Source: an uncultured Cytophagales bacterium (GTDB taxonomy: Bacteria > Bacteroidota > Bacteroidia > Cytophagales > Spirosomataceae). Taken from it: a DNA stretch of 64,000 nucleotides. A program made the position numbers and the translations under genes. The number at the start of each line of letters is the position of its first letter. Within the stretch, counting starts at the first letter, position 1. The notes beneath the pieces are model-generated. The model had not been told where the DNA came from. It did no database searches and worked only from the letters and a program-made list of their open reading frames with translations. Positions 32,001 through 41,200 of this stretch are shown here, piece by piece. The stretch spans positions 314,288 to 378,287 of the forward strand of contig CAVVQL010000007.1 of NCBI GenBank assembly GCA_963750355.1, read 5' to 3'.

Positions 32001-32951
32001 TTGATGGGCCGACCCATGGCGGTTGTCCGCCTGGGCGTGGAACTGGAACTGAAAGGGTTGCCGGCGGTCAATATGGGCTGGGATGAATTCAGGAGGGACG
32101 TAGTCCGGAACGGCCGGGAAACCGATGGGTTCGAGCAGGTAAAGTTCCCGTACCGCATCGGGGAGTATCGCCAGCAGAACGATGGATTGATCGGTTACTG
32201 GAGCATCGAGGGCAGCGATCAGCTTTCAGATGATTTCAGTGTAAATGATTCCATTTCCGCCAGCATTGTCGATACTGAGATAGATGAAACTAAAATGGAC
32301 GACTGGCTTAAACTAAAAAATGAAGCCTGGAAGTTACAGGATGATCAAGGCCGGACCCTGATCGATTATTTAAAAGCTGGAGAAGCTAATACTATTAAAA
32401 AACAAGATCTGATCCAACCCTATTTCAGGGAAGGCAGCCTGCTTTGGGAAACCCTGGTGGCAAAGGAATGGCTTAGGCCGGAGATAAAATATGACAAAAT
32501 TGCCCATTATGCCGAAGCGGGAAAGCTAAACATTGCCCCGGCCGACCAGATGCAGCAATTTGTCTGTCTGATGGACCCCTTTGGCGTCGTACACCTGAGC
32601 AGCGGCATTCAGCCGGTGAAGTCCATTCAGTTGCCGGAGCAGTTTGTGAAGCAAGCCCTTCGGAACATGGAAGTTTCATTCCTGACAGCCCCCGTCCTGG
32701 GGCCGGAAGCAGCCATTGAGCTTTCCCTGCCCAACGAACAGGACTATACCTGGAGCTGGGAAGAGGATAACGGCTGGCCTACGCCGGGCAATGGTATTCC
32801 TGCCAATGGAAAAACTACCCTTGCCGAAAAAGACCTGGCTCCTTTCCGCACCATCGCTAATTTCCCGGACCGGAATGTATTGCGGGAGGGAAAGCTGATG
32901 CTGCGCCAGAAACTGGAAGCGGCCGCCGAAGCAGGTACGCAAACGAAATAA
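29073..32951 (+). CDS. Large conserved hypothetical protein, gene 1 of the DUF6603-associated locus (start inferred at TTG 29073)
   Basis: About 1290-aa intact ORF; GVHLNW..P, P.RWLITR...WIIESD, LPPRLSQAARFNF, PVCGWIVPN, GRPMAVVR, MDPFG.VH..SGI.P blocks recalled from partners of DUF6603 proteins. Confidence 0.8.
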   Translation: MEKKPLLVSINVQVIIQPEDRPVVGPEMDFESLPYFDQALNLDMNPGLPYLAEAIISQPFDDCDFLLKKGVHLNWDFPAFLKRSKIGATTPTEFPPVPTRWLITRYMGDTLEKQWIIESDALLQDQQGANFMDRAQTSLTVDIHSGKRPYSYLGRVNELQDWKERQGVCGDTYTNWKAAQGAPLTAMGWGSPSFDTFYPNCRGVFGFHDPEITSVDKPITYKVVGWYGEDGDDYWTYYLTKKEAQIKTVVDQLNELAQLDGEAKKAHATEAIEKLIADDLGIVLDSSPYISIAEGKITASLPAGGMVCFGEVSPTAEQQEPFPKTGAPLFAIGNTPTEALSALLVAEQFNDLEGLKREKLEDTFEAILMGDRLKSLKADIGPKFREFRHADEFYGSDGGISWSIQLVDDNPNKELHGDPHAKQIPLPTLPDAITPLLETLNKAQQLYDKTRHDLDSLRTELYADWYRYMHCAYPPPGETEEYVEVSEVKAMIENGSLTRFTDKKAKLGDELTYETEELGKATQSSLTYSDQVREAWQALKKSLAETNKKIADEANPPNTYHWEIHYDPAPRFWEPTPPAVVVAIPKAEATPKQAGVTSGLTGQFFAKPLNLDPAAFDVTELLKTVNPAPGLIPSGNLDLFKAEWEVEVFPAASMHSTTRSHGEFDPAFVLNNYFLGENEPDFDDDPSLTGTLAMVKTASIYTGLAYINQNLADRYRTLLQTYKDLQTANQQEQRIAFLDDVKKATEFLAAHDLLVLTLNGFNAALLQMHQSVQLNPADPLGFADYQDFAKKMAQALPSSKGFSPDPHAVFMPIRSGGLRLLKLRMVDTFGRFVEFTPDAISTPFAFTTPNHPDWVWLPPRLSQAARFNFRFLQSATQTADESQSPNATSPVCGWIVPNLLDQSLVFFQADGKKIGELNQNGDWKPTNAIEPSGYLAAVKNWLSKDKELLAALLEAIEEAIDNIHPNDREGQSAFSVLMGRPMAVVRLGVELELKGLPAVNMGWDEFRRDVVRNGRETDGFEQVKFPYRIGEYRQQNDGLIGYWSIEGSDQLSDDFSVNDSISASIVDTEIDETKMDDWLKLKNEAWKLQDDQGRTLIDYLKAGEANTIKKQDLIQPYFREGSLLWETLVAKEWLRPEIKYDKIAHYAEAGKLNIAPADQMQQFVCLMDPFGVVHLSSGIQPVKSIQLPEQFVKQALRNMEVSFLTAPVLGPEAAIELSLPNEQDYTWSWEEDNGWPTPGNGIPANGKTTLAEKDLAPFRTIANFPDRNVLREGKLMLRQKLEAAAEAGTQTK

Positions 32952-32980
32952 AACTAAATACCATTTGACCTAAACCAGAC

Positions 32981-35485
32981 ATGAGCAAGGCAGACAATAC
33001 CTTTTTGCACCTACCCCTAGATGAAATCAGAGACGGAGTTGCCGTAAACATTGGCGGTATGGGCGGCAACGCCGATGTAAAGGGCAACCCACAAATTAGT
33101 CATGACCCGGAATTGGGCAGTTGCCTGCTGTTCGACGGCGTTGATGATTATTTAGAACTTAAAGGACTGGAAGGGCTGGACCTGAAAGAAGGCCTGACCA
33201 TTGCCGCCTGGGTGCGCTTCGATGCGCTGCAGAGATATTCAAGGATCCTTGATATTAACCATGAGAAAAATAGCAGTAGAAATGGTATCTTTTTTAACAA
33301 CTCCTCAACTACAGACCAATTAGTACTTGAGGTCAATCAACAACCGATTAATATTGATAAGGCTATTAAATTAAATACCTGGCAACATTTCGCTGCTACT
33401 GTTTCTCCAGATGGCCTGAGTAAAATATTGCTAAATGGGCAAAAGGTGAAAGAAGAAACCAGGTCGTTTTTTCCGAACATGAAAACCGGTTGGACCATGT
33501 TTTTCGTCGGCAAAAGCTCAACTACCAGCGATGCACTTTTCAAAGGAGCCATGGCCGATTTCCGGCTGTACGACTATCCGCTGCAGGAAAGAGACGTTGC
33601 CGACCTCATGAAACTGGACAAGACCAATATGGGTGTTTACCGGGAAACAGCCCCCTTAAAAATGGAACTTTACTCCATCCGGGACGACAACCATTTGCCG
33701 GTTATCTTCATCGAATCTGACAATAAAAGTGAACCCCTCGAGCTGAGCATTACCAACCCGACCGATAAGCCCATTATGTTGAAGGGAGTGGCAACCCCAA
33801 CCGTTGATAACTTTCAGTTTCAGCTTCGTTTCCGCAAAAACGTCGTTGCCCCCAACGTGCTGGATACGCTCCGGAATGCCGCGAATAAAACCCTCGGCGA
33901 TTGGCAATACAGCCTGATTGGAGCCGCCGATGGCGGCAAGGAAGACTGGATATCCTTTGTGCGGAAAGGGGACGCGGACTTCACCCTGCCGAAAGGGGAA
34001 TCGACCTCCATCCAATTAGCCCAGTTCAGTGCGGCCGCCCAGGGCGGTGCCCGCAATACGCGGGTGGAGGTACGCTATCAGATAGCCGAGCTGCCCACGG
34101 GTTCTATCATCCGGCATCTGGAGATACAAAGCCATCTCGGCCTGAAAACCGTACCGCTCATTGCCCAGGTAAAAGGCTCGAACAGTATTCTTAACGACGG
34201 CAATACGGCCAACAACTTGACCATCGAAGTACTTGTTACCAGGGCCGATGGTTCCGTAGTGCTCAGCCCGAATATTGGCAAACCCTCACGATTTGAACTG
34301 ATCGTAGAGGAAGAAATGATTTCGCAGGATAAACTAAATGCTGCCACAACTACCGACGGCTTTAAGCCACCGGCACCTGGCGACGGGCAGGGACATAAAG
34401 TCTTTACGTTTGAGGTGCAGAAAGCCGTCTCTCTGAGCAAGGATAATAAGCTCGTTATTAATCTCAGTAACTGGGTCACCAAGGCCGAAACGGGTATCAA
34501 CAATCTGCTCCTGCGCTACGAAAACATTCCCGGCTATTGGGACGGGGCCTGGGTGCTTCCGGTAGAAATGGGGCCTGTTGTTATTCGGGAAAATAATGTG
34601 GGCATTGGGACGGATAATCCCCAGGAAAAACTCCACCTCGAAGGCAACATGCTGATGCATGGGCAATTGTTGATTGGCGATAAAGACAAAGTTGAACGTG
34701 CAAAATTGCTGTTTCAACAAGAATATCCAGAAAACAAAAATGAGTCGGGTATCATCTTCGCACCTGATCAGGGGGATAATGATACTGCCTGGATTCGGTT
34801 CCACTCCCGTAAGGGGGCAGCACACAACCTCGAAATACAGGTGAATCAGGCTGGAAGCGATTATTTAGTGCTAAACCCAAAGGGTGGAAACGTGGGTATA
34901 GGGACGGCTGATCCTCAAGCAAAGCTGCATGTGAATGGTCGCATCAAAGACCAGAGTGGCTTTGTAATGCCGGTGGGATCTATTATCGCGTATGCAGGAA
35001 ACGTTGCGCCTGAGGGGTGGCTGTTGTGTGATGGATTGGCAAATATAGACGGCCCCCAATATGTTGATCTAAGAAATATTGTAGGTCAAAAAGTACCCGA
35101 CCTTTGCAGCCGGTTTATTATTGGTGCTAATCCAGACATCGAAAAATATAAATTAAACAAAACGGGTGGAGCAGAAACGGTAAAGCTTGATATTAAGCAG
35201 TTGCCAAGCCACAACCACACTGCAGATATTAAAGATACTAATATTGCATGGAATGATGAGAATGTTAAGTATAAACTTATGCATCCCAATACTTATTATC
35301 GAAAATTGGATTCTGGCAACTATACTGGATATGATAGTGGTGGCGAGGATACTAATCCTCTACAGCTAAAAGATTGTATCAAAACAATACATAAGCATGA
35401 TATTACAATTGGCGACATTGGCGAAGATCTACCCCACGAAAACCTGCCCCCCTACTATGCCCTGACCTACATCATCAAATACTGA
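32981..35485 (+). CDS. LamG/ConA-like domain plus phage tail-fibre protein with C-terminal tail collar domain
   Basis: LFDGVDDYLEL, TIAAWV, WQHFAAT, FKGAMADFRLY (LamG); two NVGIGT..P..KLH repeats; PVGSIIAYAG..APEGWLLCDG, PDL..RFIIG, GG.E.V.L...QLPSHNH, PHENLPPYYALTYIIK (collar). Confidence 0.88.
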   Translation: MSKADNTFLHLPLDEIRDGVAVNIGGMGGNADVKGNPQISHDPELGSCLLFDGVDDYLELKGLEGLDLKEGLTIAAWVRFDALQRYSRILDINHEKNSSRNGIFFNNSSTTDQLVLEVNQQPINIDKAIKLNTWQHFAATVSPDGLSKILLNGQKVKEETRSFFPNMKTGWTMFFVGKSSTTSDALFKGAMADFRLYDYPLQERDVADLMKLDKTNMGVYRETAPLKMELYSIRDDNHLPVIFIESDNKSEPLELSITNPTDKPIMLKGVATPTVDNFQFQLRFRKNVVAPNVLDTLRNAANKTLGDWQYSLIGAADGGKEDWISFVRKGDADFTLPKGESTSIQLAQFSAAAQGGARNTRVEVRYQIAELPTGSIIRHLEIQSHLGLKTVPLIAQVKGSNSILNDGNTANNLTIEVLVTRADGSVVLSPNIGKPSRFELIVEEEMISQDKLNAATTTDGFKPPAPGDGQGHKVFTFEVQKAVSLSKDNKLVINLSNWVTKAETGINNLLLRYENIPGYWDGAWVLPVEMGPVVIRENNVGIGTDNPQEKLHLEGNMLMHGQLLIGDKDKVERAKLLFQQEYPENKNESGIIFAPDQGDNDTAWIRFHSRKGAAHNLEIQVNQAGSDYLVLNPKGGNVGIGTADPQAKLHVNGRIKDQSGFVMPVGSIIAYAGNVAPEGWLLCDGLANIDGPQYVDLRNIVGQKVPDLCSRFIIGANPDIEKYKLNKTGGAETVKLDIKQLPSHNHTADIKDTNIAWNDENVKYKLMHPNTYYRKLDSGNYTGYDSGGEDTNPLQLKDCIKTIHKHDITIGDIGEDLPHENLPPYYALTYIIKY

Positions 35486-35490
35486 ACTTT

Positions 35491-35655
35491 ATGACGACAA
35501 CTATTACCCTCCACCTCACGCTCGACGAGGTCAACGCCACTCTCACCGCCCTGGGCGAGCAGCCCTATATAAAGATTTTCCAATTGGTGCAAAAAATACA
35601 ACATCAGGCCAGCGGGCAGTTGGAGGGGGAGAGGAAGGAAGAGCAGGAATCGTAA
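35491..35655 (+). CDS. Small 54-aa helical protein, possible tail-fibre chaperone/adaptor (absent from ORF track)
   Basis: MTTTITLHLTLDEVNATLTALGEQPYIKIFQLVQKIQHQASGQLEGERKEEQES*, starting 5 nt after the fibre gene stop. Confidence 0.75.
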   Translation: MTTTITLHLTLDEVNATLTALGEQPYIKIFQLVQKIQHQASGQLEGERKEEQES

Positions 35656-35702
35656 GTATGCTTCCTGTAATGCTTATTTTTTAACGATTAAAACTATTTG
35701 TT

Positions 35703-38198
35703 ATGCCGGAAGCAAAGTTATCCTCCATACGACCTCATCTTCCACAGCTAGCACTCGAAGGAGTAGCCATTACTGGTTCAGTTCCTATACGTAGTGAGGT
35801 TGAAATCGCAAGAACAGAAGCTGCGGCAAAAGAGCGCGAAAGTGCGGTGAAACTTAAAACCCCACTAAGGCCGCCCAATAGATTGGCACCTATATCACGC
35901 AGTGCTACTCTTTCTCAATCCAACCCTCCTGGTGAAACTCAATCTGCTACTGACCGCTCTGCGACTGGCATTGATACACAACCAGGCACAACCCGCGCCG
36001 ATATTTTTTCCATACATTATGACAATGCAGGCGGAATTGCTATAGACCCCCTCGAAATGGGTATTAGCCCTAAACTTTTCAAAAGTTTGGTGGCAGCAGC
36101 TAATGAAAAGAACTGCGTTATTATGATACGCAAGACGAACAAAGGGTCTGTTACATACTTTGATACGGAAACTGGAGTAGGTAAAAAACTGCCCACAAAA
36201 GGCAAGTCTTCAGAAGCCTATTTTACCAATGGTAGTATCCCTTTTTTTGCTGATATGGCAAAAAAAGTGGGTAACTGGTTCTATGAGCAAACGAATCTGA
36301 TTGAGGTTACAACCATCAATATTAACGAAAAAGAAGGCAGACCAACGGCCCCCAAATACACGTACATTCCGAAACTGGTTGCATTGAATGATGAGTTGCT
36401 AACCCCTATAGCCAACAAGGTCGATGTTGAAGAAATTCCGTCAGGAGGTAAGAAAGTGACTGTACATCAGGACAAACTGGGCGGTACCTCACAAAAAGTT
36501 AGCTATTATCTTAAAAAGGTAAAATTCACTGATGTTAAGACGATAAACGGACAAGATACCCGACTACCTTGGTTTCTTGAGAATGACACCGATGAATGCT
36601 ACCAGGTTTACATTTTCAAAGCAGATATCGAAAAACTTTCCATAGGAAACATTTCGGCGGCTCAATACATTGGGGAGGTGCCCACCTCTGTTTCTGAAAC
36701 TAATAAATTTGACAGGAGTAATTTCTGGAGTACTCTATGGAAAAATAGAAAAGTTGAAAATAGTAATTTGGGCAAAATTGCTGGCACCAATTCGCCTTTA
36801 GACACATTTGGAGCAACCATAACAATTGAGAGTGAAGCGTATTATGCTGTAAATGTACTTGCCCTATTGACGCAAGGAAAGGCAATTGATAAGGAGGGTT
36901 CTAAATCAGCATCAAATACGCCTAAAATGTATTTTGAGGTGGTGGCAGACTATGACAACTTTATGATTGCACCAAACCTCAAGATGCACTTTATTGACCC
37001 ATTTCTTCAGGAAAGACAGACGCCCCGAACCATAGGAAGACAACCTAAAATGAATCGGGATAAACTATTAATGAATCTGGATAAGCTATGGGATACTACT
37101 AGTTGGAAAATCCAGGATAACTTCATACCTAAATCAGATACTGGAATTGCCCATTATGGAATCTATTCAGAATATGAAAAGGAAGTGCGAAAAGAAATGA
37201 ACCAGCAAATTGGCGTAAAGGCCGTACAGCATGGTTGCGAAGTTGCCAACCTATTTTTTACCAGCGATATTTTCGAGCCGCTTATTCTTATTCTCCCTTC
37301 TAAAAACGCTGATATCACTAAGCAACTGTTCTTTATAGACCTGAAAATGTTGTTCAGATTGATAAAGGTCAACACTACGGATAGACGTATTGAAGAGACA
37401 ATAAGCGTTTCAAGAGACACACAATGGTCTATAAAATATACTATTCACAGTGGTTTTTCACTTGGCAATCAGTTTGCTTTTATTTTTAATCTCAACTGGG
37501 GCGGGACTGATTTCTATTATAACAAAACCAAACCTGGTGATAAAACAATTGAGGTATGGAAGAGAGAGAAAGAAAACGAATTTAACAATTTAATTCAATG
37601 GTTGGAATCTTACGTAATAAACGATATAGAACTAGCCGAAAATGATCATTCAGTTCAGGCAAGGACAGACCATGACTTTTACAAAATATTTACTGAGTAT
37701 TCTACTAAACAATTTCCTATAAAGGCTCTAAGTCTTTTTCTTTATGAACTCTATAAAACAGTCTGCACCTTTGATGCGCATGAAGTAGCTTCAGTTTTCG
37801 GAATACGACGTCGGGTTACCCATTACTCTTTCATAAAAGAGCTCATGTATATGAGTGAATACTATATGGCGGTCTATACTAGTGCCGACCAATTTGCCAG
37901 TATAGTTCATATAACAGATCCTACTGAAATTTCTGCTGTAAAGGCGCAGTATGTGGAAGCGGTGAAGGCAATAAATTGTATTGGTCAAAAGTACTTGACT
38001 AATTTTCTGCCCGAACGAATATCATCAAACACGTCAACGTCACTTCGAGGTAGGGCCCGTTTTGTTGCTTTTAGTCATGCTCTAACTCACGACCCATATA
38101 AACTAGGCGGCCGTTTCGGGGCTTTCGGTAAGGCTATTCAAGCATGGATTGGAGAAATGGAAACCTTCCTTGCCACTCCACCCCCCACTGTTCAATAG
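35703..38198 (+). CDS. Class II (edema factor/CyaA/ExoY-like) nucleotidyl cyclase toxin
   Basis: IRKTN...GKKLPTKGKSS...GSIPFFADMAKK, VADYDNFMIAP and VQHGCEVAN align with EF FRPVN...TKGLNVHGKSS...GYIPFDQDLSKK, TADYDLFALAP and VNHGTEQDN. Confidence 0.82.
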   Translation: MPEAKLSSIRPHLPQLALEGVAITGSVPIRSEVEIARTEAAAKERESAVKLKTPLRPPNRLAPISRSATLSQSNPPGETQSATDRSATGIDTQPGTTRADIFSIHYDNAGGIAIDPLEMGISPKLFKSLVAAANEKNCVIMIRKTNKGSVTYFDTETGVGKKLPTKGKSSEAYFTNGSIPFFADMAKKVGNWFYEQTNLIEVTTININEKEGRPTAPKYTYIPKLVALNDELLTPIANKVDVEEIPSGGKKVTVHQDKLGGTSQKVSYYLKKVKFTDVKTINGQDTRLPWFLENDTDECYQVYIFKADIEKLSIGNISAAQYIGEVPTSVSETNKFDRSNFWSTLWKNRKVENSNLGKIAGTNSPLDTFGATITIESEAYYAVNVLALLTQGKAIDKEGSKSASNTPKMYFEVVADYDNFMIAPNLKMHFIDPFLQERQTPRTIGRQPKMNRDKLLMNLDKLWDTTSWKIQDNFIPKSDTGIAHYGIYSEYEKEVRKEMNQQIGVKAVQHGCEVANLFFTSDIFEPLILILPSKNADITKQLFFIDLKMLFRLIKVNTTDRRIEETISVSRDTQWSIKYTIHSGFSLGNQFAFIFNLNWGGTDFYYNKTKPGDKTIEVWKREKENEFNNLIQWLESYVINDIELAENDHSVQARTDHDFYKIFTEYSTKQFPIKALSLFLYELYKTVCTFDAHEVASVFGIRRRVTHYSFIKELMYMSEYYMAVYTSADQFASIVHITDPTEISAVKAQYVEAVKAINCIGQKYLTNFLPERISSNTSTSLRGRARFVAFSHALTHDPYKLGGRFGAFGKAIQAWIGEMETFLATPPPTVQ

Positions 38199-38227
38199 CA
38201 ACACTAACCTTTCCAAAGCGTTTTAAT

Positions 38228-41200
38228 ATGGCCTTTGACTACAGCAAAATTCCCGCTTTAGTAAATGAGCTGGAAGACCTGACCGGCATTCCCGAACTGG
38301 AAGGATTCTCTACGTTCATCGCCTCGGTGCTGCCATCTGGCACTACGCTTCAGTATCCCATCAGTCCGGTTCAGAAAAGTACGGGTGTTTTATTACCGGC
38401 CAAACTGTCGGGTACGGGTCAGAACATCTGTATTTGGTTCTGCGATAATGACGCCGAACCAGATACGGCGGGCGTGGTTGTTACGTATCAGACGGATCAA
38501 TTTTCCTTTAAGGATGGGTATGCTCTTAGCCCTGCTGCTCCCCAAACGATTCTGGAAAATGGTTTCTGGCAAGGCAGCTGGCAGCTCTATTCCAATATGG
38601 AGGAGTACGTTGTGCCCTCCGACTTTTTGAATGCCATAACCGCCGATGCCGCTGACCTTACGGCCAATCTTGGTGGCAAACAGGCTATGCTTACGCGTGG
38701 GCTGAACCTCGTCCACACATGGAAACTTAACGATGCGCTAACCGGCTTTACCGTTGGCCCATTCGCGAACCTGCTGGGTGATACTGATGTAGTGCTGCTG
38801 GCCAATGAATATCCTGGCGGGATGACTTTCACGCTATTGCTGGAACAGATATCAGCTTCCCTCCCTGATTATCTGACTAAATTCCTCAGTTTGCAATGGG
38901 CCTCGTTCAGCCTCTTTTACAGCTTCGCCGACGAGGAATTCCCGCAGTCCAGTGCCTCACTCTCGGCACAGGTACAATTTATGGAACAGGACGCCTTGCT
39001 GGAAGTGGCACTTCCGAGCAAGGCACAGCCGGAAGCAATCCTTAGCCTGGCCATCTATCCCCAATCTCCCCACCCATTGGAGGGGGGGCTTTCGAAATTA
39101 TTCGAAATCCTGGGCGTTGGCGCACCAGATATTCCGGAGAGCCTGCCCGCCCTTGGTTTGGAAATGACCTACCTGCGCGTTGGCATCAGCAACAGCAGTA
39201 TAGACAGCATCAGCACATCCTTACAGCTCAAGGCAGGAACAGGCGACGACGGGTGGTCTATTCCGAAAGACCCCAAACTTTTTACTTTCTACGCAGTCTC
39301 GCTGCAACTTGACTGGCGAAAGGGTAGCGGTATAAGCTTCACCCTCACTGGGGCCATGAATGCCCTCTCCTACGATTTCCTGCTCTCCTACGGGTATCCA
39401 TCACAAATCATCAGCGCCCAGATAGCACCGGGAGTCACCACGGGCAAGAAGATAGAAGAGCTAGCCACAGAAATAGGCTTTCCATCGGAACTGGCCTCCG
39501 GGCTTTCAGAAGTTGGCACGGCCTTCGATATTTCTATGTATGCCGATGTGGACGACAAGGAACTGGAAATACGTCTTCAGAATCATAACCCCTGGAAGCT
39601 GGCGGGCTTTTTAGCATTAAACACGCTGGATCTTCGCCTTGAATTCCTGAATGCCTGGAGTTTCTCCGGCGCCTCACTTTACGTAGAACTCGACCTGCCC
39701 ATTGGCCCCATGAAAGGGTCCGGGCCTGAGCGTGAGTCGGTTACCATCGATATTGAAGCAGATTATGACAGGCTCGAAAACCGCTGGTCTTTCGAGGGGG
39801 AAACCGGTGAGGGGCAGAACATCGCTGTTGGGGAAGCCATTAACGCTCTGGCAAAAAAAGCTGGCGGGAACGGGTTTGAGCTTCCAGAGGCCATCCACAG
39901 TCTTGTGGTAAGGGACATTCATCTCCTTTTCGATAATAAAGGTAATGCCGAATTCACTTGCATCACGAGCATTGATATTGCCGGGAAAGAACTGGATTTT
40001 TGGGTACACTTGAAAAGAGAAGAAAATGCAACGTTTCTGATTTCCGGCTCGCTATTTATCAATGGCATTCAGCTTGGGGTGGCATTTGAGTCGACGCCGG
40101 CACCGGGTAGTTCAACGCCTTCTACCCTACCCAAGACTTCCGATAAATACGTTATAGGTAGCCTTTTGATACCGCTTACTCTGGATTCTAAAGACCTTAT
40201 CAGTGCCATTGCTCCCGACCTTGCCCCCGACATCCCGTTGAGTATGGCCGTGAGACTCAAGGGCCTGTTGTTAGGTCTTCATAAAGGCAGTAACAAGGGC
40301 AGCGGCAATAGCAGCAGTAGTGGTACTGGTGCCAGCAGCGAGTTTTTATTCCGACTTAGTTTTGACCTTAACGTTAAGCTTAGTGGCATACCGCTGATCG
40401 GCGCGATGCTGCCAGAAGGCATTGGCTTTACGAAGGGACAACTACTGGCCGCCAACAAAGACTGGCAAGACGAAGACATTGAGGAGGTTAATGGCCTTCT
40501 GGATCAATTTAAGCCTAATCAGCCGGAAGCAATCGGTAAACTAGGCGACAATGCAACCGGCCCCACCGTGGGCAAAGGCATCAGTTTGAGTGGTGCTTTT
40601 CAAATTTCAGAGGCTATTCATTTCCCCATGTTCCTGCATTTTGGCGAAAATCAACCGGCTTCCGGTGGTAATAATCAGCCAGTGAAGGGAGGTAGCTCTT
40701 CGGGGGGGACATCTACCCCAGGTAATGCCGGTACTGCTGGGTCAACTGTAGCCGTTCCGGTCTCCGCCAAACCCGACCCGCGTGCCCAGCGCCAGGTAGG
40801 CAAACAACTCGGGCCGGTCAATGTCAAAAAAGTAGAGTTGCTCTTTCAAGACGGCCGTCTGGGCCTCAAAATAACGGGTGGTCTCGCCCTGGCCACCTTC
40901 GAGTTCGAGCTGATTGGCTTATCGGTGACCGTACCGCAAACGGTTCTCAACGACCCGAAGCAGGTCACCGACATCAATTTTGGTTTAGATGGTATACGTG
41001 TCGATGTTCAAAAAGGTACGCTGACTATCGCCGGGGCTTTCCTTCGGACGCATTACCCGGAATCAACAACTACTGGCAAAACTGTTGCCGCCTACGACGA
41101 ATACAACGGCATTGTACAGGTAGCTTTCCCGCCTTTCTCCCTCACGGGCATGGGTTCCTACGCTCTGTACGATGGGCACCCTTCGTTGTTTCTTTTTGTG

